A stretch of DNA of 64,000 nt, taken from contig JBEKVZ010000007.1 in NCBI GenBank assembly GCA_049513575.1, forward strand, positions 10,612-74,611. The letters run 5' to 3'. Source of the DNA: Gemmatimonadales bacterium. Its GTDB lineage: Bacteria > Gemmatimonadota > Gemmatimonadetes > Gemmatimonadales > JACORV01. Shown in pieces: positions 56,224-64,000 of the stretch. The first letter of the stretch is position 1. Every line of letters starts with the position of its first letter. Both the position numbers and the translations under genes were made by a program. Under the pieces are notes generated by a model. It ran no database searches and was not told the DNA's origin. It saw nothing but the letters and a program-made list of their open reading frames with translations.

Positions 56224-58420
56224 TCTCTGGGCCATAGGGGCCCTGCTCGCGGGTCTGTTCCTGGCGCTCGCGGCGGCCCCCGGCGTTTCGCTCACCGGCC
56301 CGGTCGGCGTCGCCCTCGGGGCCGGACTGCGCTCCTTCTTCGGCGCCGGCGCCGCCGCCGTCCCGCTCATCCCGCTCTTCTGGGCCGTCGCGCTCTTCGG
56401 CCACCTCGACCGCAGCCTCGGCCGCCGCGTCACGATCCTCCTCGCCGGCCTCTCTCTCACCGTGCCGCTCGCTCTCGGCGTCGGCTACCAGACCTGGGAG
56501 AGCGTCGCGCACGCCGCGCTCGTGTCCGGCGCGCTGCCGGAATACCCGCGCTGGGTGGGCCTCGCCGGCGGGTTCCTTGCGTACGAGCTGAGGATCATCG
56601 GGCCCGTGGGCGAGGGCCTCCTCGCGCTGGGCATCTTCTCGGGGCTCACCATCGCCACGGTGGGATGGAATCCGCTGGGGATGCTGCGAAAACGGGAAGC
56701 GGCGTCGGGTGTCGGGGGTCAGGTGTCGGGGGCTGTCGAGGCGCCGCCTCCCGAGCTCCCGGAAGACGTCTTCGCGAGCGCTGAGGAGGAGGCTGAAGAG
56801 GAGTCCGTGCCCGCCAAGCGGGGCCGGAAGGGCGGGGCCCCGGCACCCGGCACCCGGCACCCGACACCTGCTTTGGCCGACGAGCTTCCCCCGATCGACC
56901 TGCTGAATCCCCCGTTGCCCCAGCCGGCCAACTTCGAGGCCGAGCTCGATCGCCTCCAGAGCGTACTGATCGACACGCTGAGGCAGTTCAAGGTCGAGGG
57001 GGCGATCGGCGGGCGGACCACGGGACCGGTGGTCACGCAGTTCGAGGTCGTCCCGGCCGCTGGCGTGAAGGTGGGGCGCATCGCGGCGCTCGCGGACGAT
57101 CTGGCGCTCACGATGCGCGCGCAGAGCATCCGCATCGTCGCGCCGATCCCGGGGAAAGGCGCGGTCGGCGTCGAGGTGCCGAATCCGACGCCGCGCCTGG
57201 TCGGCTTTCGCGAGCTGCTCGAGGCGCCCGAATGGCAGAAGGCGGTCCAGCGCCTGCTCCTGCCCGTCGCGCTGGGCCGGGACCTCGAAGGCCGGCCGAT
57301 CATCGCCGACCTGACGAAGATGCCGCACCTCCTGATCGCCGGCGCCACCGGCTCGGGGAAATCGGTCTGCATCAACACGCTCATCACGAGCCTCGTGTAC
57401 CGCTACACGCCGGCCGAGATGCGCTTCCTGATGATCGATCCCAAGATGGTCGAGCTGTCGATGTACAACGCGCTGCCGCACCTCAGGCACCGCGTCGTCA
57501 CCGACAACAAGGACGCCGCGCACGTGCTCAAGTGGGCCGTGTGGGAGATGCAGGATCGCTACGAGCTGCTCCACGCCAACAACGCCCGCAACCTGGTGGA
57601 CTTCAACCACAAGCTCGCCGAGGACCCGTCGACGATCGTGAAGCCGAACGGCGAGGCGTACGAGGAGGGAGCGCTCCCCTACATCCTCCTCTTCGTGGAC
57701 GAGCTGGCCGACCTCATCATGACCGTGCAGGCCGAGGTCGAGACGCCGCTGGCGCTGCTCGCGCAGAAGGCGCGGGCGATCGGCATCCACCTGATCCTCG
57801 CGACCCAGCGGCCGTCGGTGAACGTCATCACCGGCCTCATCAAGGCGAACTTCCCCTGCCGGATCGCCTTCCGCGTCGCGTCCAAGATCGACAGCCGTAC
57901 CATCCTCGATCAGAACGGCGCCGAAGCGCTGCTGGGCAACGGGGACATGCTCTTCATGCCGCCGGGGAAGAGCGACCTGATGCGGCTGCAGGGCGCGTTC
58001 GTCGGCACCGACGAGACCGAGAAGCTGATGCACTGGTTCGACGCGCGGGCCGAAGCGCGGCGTGAGGCGGCCGCTGAGGCCGCAGAGGCGGGCGCGGAGG
58101 GCGCTGAAGGAGAAGCCGGCGAGGCCGACATCCTCGAGGTCGTGCGCGCGCGGATCGCCGAGGAGGAAGGCGGCGACGAGGGCGGCGCCGACGCCGGCGG
58201 CGGGCTGGCGGAGCGCGATCCGCTCTTCCGCCAGGCCGCGGAAGTCTGCATCCAGAACCAGCTCGGCTCGACGTCGCTCCTCCAGCGGCGCCTCAAGATC
58301 GGCTACGGCCGCGCGGCCAGGATCATCGACCAGCTGCACGATGCCGGCATCCTCGGGCCGCCGGACGGGTCCAAGGCTCGGGAGGTGCTCGTGGGGTTGC
58401 AGGATCTCGATCAGTACTGA
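56177..58420 (+). CDS. ftsK: DNA translocase FtsK
   Basis: N-terminal TM segments, Walker A GATGSGKSVCINT, Walker B FVDELADL, C-terminal gamma winged helix GSTSLLQRRLKIGYGRAARIIDQL. Confidence 0.9.
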   Translation: MPTAGSRRIDPRTKDDLWAIGALLAGLFLALAAAPGVSLTGPVGVALGAGLRSFFGAGAAAVPLIPLFWAVALFGHLDRSLGRRVTILLAGLSLTVPLALGVGYQTWESVAHAALVSGALPEYPRWVGLAGGFLAYELRIIGPVGEGLLALGIFSGLTIATVGWNPLGMLRKREAASGVGGQVSGAVEAPPPELPEDVFASAEEEAEEESVPAKRGRKGGAPAPGTRHPTPALADELPPIDLLNPPLPQPANFEAELDRLQSVLIDTLRQFKVEGAIGGRTTGPVVTQFEVVPAAGVKVGRIAALADDLALTMRAQSIRIVAPIPGKGAVGVEVPNPTPRLVGFRELLEAPEWQKAVQRLLLPVALGRDLEGRPIIADLTKMPHLLIAGATGSGKSVCINTLITSLVYRYTPAEMRFLMIDPKMVELSMYNALPHLRHRVVTDNKDAAHVLKWAVWEMQDRYELLHANNARNLVDFNHKLAEDPSTIVKPNGEAYEEGALPYILLFVDELADLIMTVQAEVETPLALLAQKARAIGIHLILATQRPSVNVITGLIKANFPCRIAFRVASKIDSRTILDQNGAEALLGNGDMLFMPPGKSDLMRLQGAFVGTDETEKLMHWFDARAEARREAAAEAAEAGAEGAEGEAGEADILEVVRARIAEEEGGDEGGADAGGGLAERDPLFRQAAEVCIQNQLGSTSLLQRRLKIGYGRAARIIDQLHDAGILGPPDGSKAREVLVGLQDLDQY

Positions 58421-59448
58421 TGGCCGAGCCCAGCCAGGCCGAATTTGAAGAAGTTCCAGCGTGCCCGCTTTGCTCCGCCCGGGGACGGCTTCGGTACACC
58501 TCCATGCACGATCGGATCTTCAACGCACCCGGAACGGCGGAGATGCTGGAGTGCCCGGGATGCGAACTGTTGTGGCTGAGCCCTCGATTGACTCGTTCCA
58601 GCATCGCACGTGCCTACGGCGAGTACTACACCCACCAGGACGCGAGCGCCCGGTTCTTCGGCCGCGCGAGAGCGGCGACACGGTCGCTCGTGCTCGAGGA
58701 TGCGTTCGCAGATCGGAGTCTGGACCGGCCGCTCGTTCGGGCTCTGCTCGGTGGGGCCCTATCGAGCGTGCCATTCATCGCGGAGCGAGTGGATCCCCTC
58801 GTCAGAGAGTTCCGTCACAAGGGAGCGCGCAAGCTCCTGGACGTGGGATCCGGCGACGGCGTGTTCCTGGCCACGATGCACGGAGCCGGATGGGAGGTCT
58901 GCGGCCTGGAGCCCGACCCCGTCGCCGCTCGCCTGGCCCGAGAGAAGCGAGGAGTCCCCGTCCTCGACGGTACCCTCGACCAGGTGGACGCAGGCGCGCA
59001 GGCGTTCGACGTGGTCGTCTCGCGCCACGTGGTCGAGCACGTTCACGACCCTGTCGCCTTCATGAAGGCCTGCTTCCGGGCCGTCAGGCCTGATGGCTGC
59101 CTGATCATCCTCACGCCGAACTCACGCTCATTGTGTCACAGGATCTTCAGGCAGCACTGGCTGCACCTCGACCCGCCTCGCCACCTGCACGTCTTCTCCC
59201 GCCGATCGCTCGAGAAATGCGCGACTGCGGCCGGTCTGCGGTCGGTCCGCATCCGATCTCTCGCGCGCTGGGCTCGGACGACCTGGCAGTTGAGCCGCCT
59301 GATAGATCGCCATGGACATCTGCCGCCCGGCAGGACGCCGCTGCGGCTCTTGCTGGAGGGAGCGTGCTTTGCGGTGGTCGAGACTGTCGCCTCAAGGGGA
59401 CGTTCCGACGCCGGAGAGGAGCTGATGTTGATCGCTGAGAAGCGGTGA
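58420..59448 (+). CDS. class I SAM-dependent methyltransferase with N-terminal Cys4 ribbon
   Basis: CPLC...CPGC, then the SAM motif LLDVGSGDGVFL. ATGA overlap with ftsK. Many A/T-ending codons, unlike the neighbouring genes. Confidence 0.75.
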   Translation: MAEPSQAEFEEVPACPLCSARGRLRYTSMHDRIFNAPGTAEMLECPGCELLWLSPRLTRSSIARAYGEYYTHQDASARFFGRARAATRSLVLEDAFADRSLDRPLVRALLGGALSSVPFIAERVDPLVREFRHKGARKLLDVGSGDGVFLATMHGAGWEVCGLEPDPVAARLAREKRGVPVLDGTLDQVDAGAQAFDVVVSRHVVEHVHDPVAFMKACFRAVRPDGCLIILTPNSRSLCHRIFRQHWLHLDPPRHLHVFSRRSLEKCATAAGLRSVRIRSLARWARTTWQLSRLIDRHGHLPPGRTPLRLLLEGACFAVVETVASRGRSDAGEELMLIAEKR

Positions 59449-59544
59449 TGCCACGATCGTCTCTCCCCGGGGTTCTGCATACTTCGGCCAGGTTCTGCGA
59501 TAGTTTGATGCCACGCCTGTGGGGGCTGCCGTGTACGATGGCGC

Positions 59545-59928
59545 ATGCTCAAGTCCGACCCCAGCACCTGGAAGGACCCCCGGCACCGTGCGGGGGTCGA
59601 GGCCGAGTCCCTCGCGGCTGCGGCGATGCGCGTGCAGGGCTACCAGGTCCTCGAGCAGCGCTTCCGCTACGGGCATCACGACGTGGACCTGGTCGCGCGG
59701 CGGGGGAAGGTCGTGGTCTTCGTGGAGGTGAAATCGCGCTCCACGGATGCCTTCGGCGCCCCCTCCGAGGCGGTGACGGCCCGGAAGCAGGCGGACGTGG
59801 TCCGGGCGGCTTCGGTCTGGCTCTCCCGTCACGCAACTGCTTGGGACGCAGTGAGATTCGACGTCATCACGGTCCGGGACGGGAAGCTCGAGTGGCTCCA
59901 GGACGCGTTTCGGCCCGGGTGGCGTTGA
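59545..59928 (+). CDS. yraN: YraN family (UPF0102) PD-(D/E)XK endonuclease-like protein
   Basis: GEAESLAAAAMRVQGYQVLEQRFRYGHHDVDLVARRGKVVVFVEVKSR matches the typical YraN core. Confidence 0.85.
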   Translation: MLKSDPSTWKDPRHRAGVEAESLAAAAMRVQGYQVLEQRFRYGHHDVDLVARRGKVVVFVEVKSRSTDAFGAPSEAVTARKQADVVRAASVWLSRHATAWDAVRFDVITVRDGKLEWLQDAFRPGWR

Positions 59929-59964
59929 ATGGGGTTTCGGCATATATTCGGGTGGCGTGAAGGC

Positions 59965-59997
59965 GGGGGGTTAGGGGTTAGGGGTTAGGGGTTAGGG
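59965..59997 (+). repeat. (GGGGTTA)n heptamer tandem repeat, G-quadruplex-type motif
   Basis: GGGGGG TTA GGGG TTA GGGG TTA GGGG TTA GGG on the + strand, 115 nt upstream of the recA ATG. Confidence 0.9.
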
Positions 59998-60026
59998 CCG
60001 CGCGAGGCAGGTTCTGAATCTCGCGA

Positions 60027-60068
60027 CTGGCAACTGGTAACCACTGGCAACTTGCCGTCTGGCAACTG
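60027..60068. repeat. GTTGCCAG-family right-arm element (copy D3)
   Basis: Three direct CTGGCAAC cores (60027, 60044, 60059). A 19-nt identity CTGGCAACTGGTAACCACT is shared with 51157-51175. Confidence 0.8.
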
Positions 60069-60111
60069 AACCGTATCCGTCGGCTCTGAACTTTGTTTCC
60101 GCGAGGCGAGG

Positions 60112-61161
60112 ATGGCTGAGGAAATCGTGAAGGACGATCGTCGGAAGGCTTTGAATCTCGCGATCGCGCAAATCGAGAAGACATGTGGCAAGGGCTCGAT
60201 CATGCGCATGGGCTCCGAGCGGGCGCGGGTGAAGGTCGATGCCATCCCGACGGGGGCGATCAACCTCGACGCGGCCATCGGTACGGGCGGGATCCCGCGC
60301 GGGCGAGTGACCGAGATCTTCGGCCCCGAGTCCTCGGGGAAGACGACGCTGGCGCTGCACGTGGCGGCGAACGCGCAGAAGGCCGGCGGGGTGGCGGCAT
60401 ACGTGGACGCCGAGCACGCGCTGGACGTGGACTACGCGCGCAAGATCGGCGTGGACGTGGACAACCTCCTCATCTCCCAGCCCGACACCGGCGAGCAGGC
60501 GCTGGAGATCACCGACATCCTGGTGCGCTCGGGGGCGGTGGACGTCGTGGTGATCGACTCGGTCGCGGCGCTGGTCCCCAAGGCGGAGATCGAGGGGGAC
60601 ATGGGCGACTCGCACGTCGGCCTCCAGGCGCGACTGATGAGCCAGGCGCTGCGGAAGCTGGCGGGCGGGATCAACCGCTCCAGGACCTCCGTGATCTTCA
60701 TCAACCAGCTGCGGGAGAAGATCGGCATCCTCTTCGGCAACCCGGAGACCACGAGCGGCGGGCGCGCGCTCAAGTTCTACGCCTCGGTGCGGCTCGACAT
60801 GCGGCGGATCGGGCAGGTGAAGGAGCGCGACGTCGTGATCGGCAACCGCACGCGGGTGAAGGTGGTGAAGAACAAGGTGGCGCCGCCGTTCCGGCAGGCC
60901 GAGTTCGACATCATGTTCGACGAGGGGATCAGCCACAGCGCCCTGCTGGTGGATCTGGCGGCGGAATCGGGCGTGATCCAGAAGGCGGGCGCCTGGTACG
61001 CCTACAACGACCAGCGCATCGGGCAGGGGCGGGAGAACACCAAGCTCTTCCTCAAGGACAATCCGACGCTGATGGCCGAGATCGAGGCCAAGGTCAAGGA
61101 GTCGCTGGGCGTGAAGCCCGGCGCCGCGATCGCCGAAGAAGAGGGGACAGCGGAGGAGTAG
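60112..61161 (+). CDS. recA: recombinase RecA
   Basis: [12 protein letters not shown] Walker A and a full-length RecA pattern; 349 aa. Confidence 0.97.
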   Translation: MAEEIVKDDRRKALNLAIAQIEKTCGKGSIMRMGSERARVKVDAIPTGAINLDAAIGTGGIPRGRVTEIFGPESSGKTTLALHVAANAQKAGGVAAYVDAEHALDVDYARKIGVDVDNLLISQPDTGEQALEITDILVRSGAVDVVVIDSVAALVPKAEIEGDMGDSHVGLQARLMSQALRKLAGGINRSRTSVIFINQLREKIGILFGNPETTSGGRALKFYASVRLDMRRIGQVKERDVVIGNRTRVKVVKNKVAPPFRQAEFDIMFDEGISHSALLVDLAAESGVIQKAGAWYAYNDQRIGQGRENTKLFLKDNPTLMAEIEAKVKESLGVKPGAAIAEEEGTAEE

Positions 61162-61796
61162 TGCCCAGCGTCACTGGCCTGGACGCGGACGCGAAGCAGA
61201 GCGGCGGCGTCCGCGTCTGGCTGGACGGTGCCTCGTTCGCGACCGTGGGCGCCGAGGACGTGCGCCCGCTCGCGCTCTCGGTCGGCGCGGTCCTGTCGGC
61301 GGGCGCGGTGTCCGAGATCGAGCGGCGCGCGGAGGTTTTCTCCGCTCGGCGCGCCGCCCTCCGGATCCTGACCTTCCGCGCGCTTCCCTCGCGCGAGATC
61401 CGCCAGCGCCTGGTCCGGAAGGGGTTCGTCCCGCCCGCGGCCGACGAGGCCGTCGGCGCGCTCGTATCCTCCGGTCTGATCGACGACCACGAGTTCGCCC
61501 TCCACTACGCCCGCACCCGGGCGCGCCGGTTCCGCTACGGGCCTGCGCGGCTCGCACGCGACCTGGAGCGGCTCGGCATCGCCGAGCGCGAGGCCAGGGA
61601 GGCGGTGGCGGCCGCGCTGGAGCTGGAAGGGGTGCAAGCCGTTGATCTGCTGAGGGAAGCGGCCGCCAAGAAGCTCCGGACCCTGCGCGGCCTCGACCCG
61701 GTCACCCGGCGTCGCAAGCTCAAGATCTACCTGCTGCGGCGGGGTTTCGCGGTCTCGGACGTCATCGAGGTGGTGAAGGCGGCAGTGGCGGGCTAA
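61161..61796 (+). CDS. recX: RecA regulator RecX
   Basis: GTG 61161 overlaps the recA TAG. Helical-repeat RecX pattern (ALRILTFRALPSREIRQRLVRKGF). recA-recX-alaS synteny. Confidence 0.8.
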   Translation: MPSVTGLDADAKQSGGVRVWLDGASFATVGAEDVRPLALSVGAVLSAGAVSEIERRAEVFSARRAALRILTFRALPSREIRQRLVRKGFVPPAADEAVGALVSSGLIDDHEFALHYARTRARRFRYGPARLARDLERLGIAEREAREAVAAALELEGVQAVDLLREAAAKKLRTLRGLDPVTRRRKLKIYLLRRGFAVSDVIEVVKAAVAG

Positions 61797-61811
61797 CTTT
61801 GTGCGGCTCCG

Positions 61812-64000
61812 ATGGATGCCGCACGGATTCGCCGCCGTTTCCTCGACTTCTTCGTCGAGCGAGGCCACCGCGAGGTAGCCTCGTCGTCGCTCGTCCCGCG
61901 GGACGACCCGACCCTCCTGTTCACCAACGCCGGGATGGTGCAGTTCAAGCGCGTCTTCCTGGGGATCGAGCGCCGGGACTACAAGCGCGCGACCACCTCC
62001 CAGAAGTGCGTGCGGGCCGGCGGCAAGCACAACGACCTCGAGCAGGTGGGGCACACCGACCGGCACCACACCTTCTTCGAGATGCTCGGCAACTTTTCCT
62101 TCGGCGACTACTTCAAGAAGGAGGCGATCGGCTTCGCCTGGGAGTTCGTGACCTCGCAGCAGTGGCTGGGCATCCATCCCGACCGCATCAGGATCAGCGT
62201 GCACGCGAAGGACGACGATGCGCGGCGGCTCTGGCACGACGTGGCCGGCGTCAGCGACGACCGCATTTACGGCCTGGGCGATGCGGACAACTTCTGGCAG
62301 ATGGCCGACACCGGCCCCTGCGGGTTCTGCAGCGAAGTGTACGTCGACCTGGCGGGCACGGGGGCACGGGGGCACGGAGGCACGGAGCTCGCCGAGCCGG
62401 TGAGCGACCACATCCACTCCCTCGACACGTTCGTGGAGTTGGCGGAGGCGGGGCGGTTCCTGGAGATCTGGAACCTCGTCTTCATGCAGTTCGACCGGCA
62501 GGCCTCCGGCGAGCTCGTGCCGCTTCCCGCGCCGTCGGTGGACACGGGTGCCGGGCTCGAGCGCATCGCCGCAGTGCTGCAGGGCGTCGGCTCCAACTTC
62601 CACACCGACCTCTTCGCGCCGCTCATCGCCCGTGCCGAGCTGGTGGTCGGCAAGGCGTACGACAAGGGGCCGGCCGGCGCGCCGTTCCGCGTCCTGGCCG
62701 ACCACGCCCGGGCGGTGGCGTTCCTGCTCGCCGACGGCGTCTATCCGTCGAACGAGGGGCGCGGCTACGTGCTGCGCCGGATCCTGCGGCGCGCGGTCCG
62801 CCACGCCTATCTCCTCGGGCGTCGCGAGCCGACGCTGGTGCGCCTGGTCGAGGAGGTCGCGCGAGTGATGGGGGGCGTCTACCCCGAGCTGCAGCAGCAC
62901 GCCGCGCAGCTCTCCGAGGTCACGACCGCCGAGGAGGAGCGCTTCCTCGAGACGATCGAGGGCGGGCTCGAGCGGCTCGCGGACTTGAAGGCGGTCTCGG
63001 CGGAGGAGGCGTTCAAGCTCTACGACACTTACGGTTTCCCGATCGACCTCACGCAGATCGTCGCGGCCGAGCGGGGCATCGCGGTGGACGTCCCGGGCTT
63101 CGAGAAGCTGCTCGACGGGCAGCGGGAGCGGTCACGAAATGCGGCCGGCACCGGGGCACAGAGGCATGGAGGCACGGGTGCCGGCGGTGAGGTTTCCCGT
63201 GCCTCCGTGCGCCCGCGCCTCAGTGCCTCCGACTGGGTGTCGGTCAAGAAGCGGGCCCGTCAACGCTGGGTCGGCTACGAGACCACGCGCGCCGAGACCG
63301 ATATCCTGGCGTTCGAGCAGGAGAAGGGCCGCGTCGGCCTGATCCTCCACGAGAACCCGTTCTACGCGGAGAGCGGCGGCCAGGTCAGCGACACGGGCGA
63401 GGTGAAGGGGCGGGGCTGGAGGCTTCCGGTGGAGGAGGTCCGCAAGGTCGAGGGCAAGACTGCCGTCTTCGGCCCGTTCCACGGCCCGTTCGAGCCGACG
63501 CCCGTCGAGGCCGTCGTCGACGGGCGGCTGCGGCGCGACACCGAGCGCAATCACACCGCGACGCACCTGCTCCACGCGGCGCTCCGCAAGATCCTCGGCA
63601 CGCACGTGCGGCAGGCCGGGAGCGTCGTCTCGCCCCAACATCTCCGTTTCGACTTCACGCACCATCAGCCGATCCCGCCGCTGGCCCTGGCCGAGGTCGA
63701 GGCGGAGATCAACCAGCACGTCTGGGAGAACCTCGACGTCGTGCAGAAGGAGATGGCGTACGCCGACGCGCTGACGGTGGGCGCGATGGCGCTGTTCGGC
63801 GAGAAGTACGGCGACGTCGTGCGGACGATCACCGTGCCCGGCGTCTCGATGGAGCTGTGCGGCGGTTGCCACGTGCGGACCACGGGCCAGATCGGCCTTC
63901 TGCGTCTGGTGGGCGAGACGGGCGTCGGCGCCGGCGTGCGCCGCGTCGAGGCGCTCACCGGGCCCGGGGCGTTCGACTGGCTGCTGGAGCGCGTGCGGCT
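61812..64000 (+). CDS. alaS: alanine--tRNA ligase, 3' end outside window
   Basis: Not in the ORF track because the frame stays open to the window end. Hand translation from ATG 61812 found no stop. Matches MDAARIRRRFLDFFVERGH, KCVRAGGKHNDLE, FFEMLGNFSFGDYFK and HTATHLLH. Confidence 0.95.
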   Translation, partial: MDAARIRRRFLDFFVERGHREVASSSLVPRDDPTLLFTNAGMVQFKRVFLGIERRDYKRATTSQKCVRAGGKHNDLEQVGHTDRHHTFFEMLGNFSFGDYFKKEAIGFAWEFVTSQQWLGIHPDRIRISVHAKDDDARRLWHDVAGVSDDRIYGLGDADNFWQMADTGPCGFCSEVYVDLAGTGARGHGGTELAEPVSDHIHSLDTFVELAEAGRFLEIWNLVFMQFDRQASGELVPLPAPSVDTGAGLERIAAVLQGVGSNFHTDLFAPLIARAELVVGKAYDKGPAGAPFRVLADHARAVAFLLADGVYPSNEGRGYVLRRILRRAVRHAYLLGRREPTLVRLVEEVARVMGGVYPELQQHAAQLSEVTTAEEERFLETIEGGLERLADLKAVSAEEAFKLYDTYGFPIDLTQIVAAERGIAVDVPGFEKLLDGQRERSRNAAGTGAQRHGGTGAGGEVSRASVRPRLSASDWVSVKKRARQRWVGYETTRAETDILAFEQEKGRVGLILHENPFYAESGGQVSDTGEVKGRGWRLPVEEVRKVEGKTAVFGPFHGPFEPTPVEAVVDGRLRRDTERNHTATHLLHAALRKILGTHVRQAGSVVSPQHLRFDFTHHQPIPPLALAEVEAEINQHVWENLDVVQKEMAYADALTVGAMALFGEKYGDVVRTITVPGVSMELCGGCHVRTTGQIGLLRLVGETGVGAGVRRVEALTGPGAFDWLLERVR
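62354..62386. repeat. GAGGCACG-family half element inside alaS (copy A3)
   Basis: CACGGGGG CACGGGGG CACGGAGG CACGGAG, four units at period 8, translated as AGTGARGHGGTE. Confidence 0.8.
63147..63231. repeat. GAGGCACG-family complete palindrome inside alaS (copy A4)
   Basis: Perfect 11-bp stem GGAGGCACGGG (63168-78)/CCCGTGCCTCC (63196-206) flanked by further octamer units. Read in frame as GTGAQRHGGTGAGGEVSRASVRPRLSAS. Confidence 0.85.

Noticed and set aside
59925-59948. TTGAAT ... TATATT as a promoter driving the recA leader
   Set aside because: The spacer between the two hexamers is only 12 nt, too short for a sigma70-type promoter. It is noted only as a rare AT-rich patch.
59965-59997. 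TTAGGGG-type repeat as a eukaryotic telomere or contamination, or as a linear-replicon end
   Set aside because: Only about 4.5 units are present. They are embedded between contiguous bacterial genes (yraN, recA) with no change in sequence character on either side.
61799-63190. 463-aa + strand ORF listed in the track over the alaS region
   Set aside because: It is out of frame relative to alaS (ATG 61812), whose translation matches AlaS motifs throughout. The listed ORF is an Arg/Gly-rich shadow frame. alaS itself is absent from the track only because it has no stop inside the window.

Overview
Very GC-rich (about 70% by eye, not computed) bacterial chromosomal segment. The gene content is diderm-type: Tol-Pal, BamD, an LptD-like protein and PpiD. 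I call 57 protein genes, 56 of them on the + strand. Most are chained by 1-8 nt start/stop overlaps (ATGA/GTGA). In order the window holds: a sugar reductase fragment, carB, murB, a 10-gene nucleotide-sugar block (WbpD/WbpE/WbpA-like, rfbD, rmlA-like, rfbB, ugd, uxs, UDP-GlcA epimerase), TPR/BamD, nadD, secA, radC, relA/spoT, uvrB, tsaE-tsaB-rimI, ssb, a LysM protein, a galE-like gene, tolQ-tolR-tolA/TonB-like-tolB-pal-cpoB, tatC, an lptD-like gene, a lipoprotein, hutU-hutI, a large TPR protein, ispB-like, tatA, ppiD (-), a second large TPR protein, aroQ, an M24 peptidase, accB-pilT-like-accC, a comB-like gene, ftsK, a methyltransferase, yraN, recA-recX and alaS (3' partial). alaS is missing from the supplied ORF track because it runs off the window; I translated it by hand and found no stop. 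I recognised no rRNA, tRNA, CRISPR array, transposase or integrase, and no clear defence or novel multi-gene system. The non-routine signals are all non-coding or structural. (1) Several families of long imperfect palindromes are built from reiterated 6-8 nt cores (GAGGCACG, GTGAGAG, GAGAGTTGAG, GTTGCCAG). They sit exactly in the few intergenic gaps, and two copies lie in frame inside alaS, which resembles Rickettsia RPE-type selfish elements. (2) An 838-bp gene-free gap between secA and radC contains a 181-nt element closed by about 24-nt AT-containing inverted repeats. (3) A (GGGGTTA)n G-quadruplex-type tract lies in the recA leader. (4) A PilT-family ATPase is translationally coupled between accB and accC. 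(5) A methyltransferase gene has visibly atypical codon usage. (6) SecA carries a four-Cys insertion. The taxon cannot be named from this window alone.
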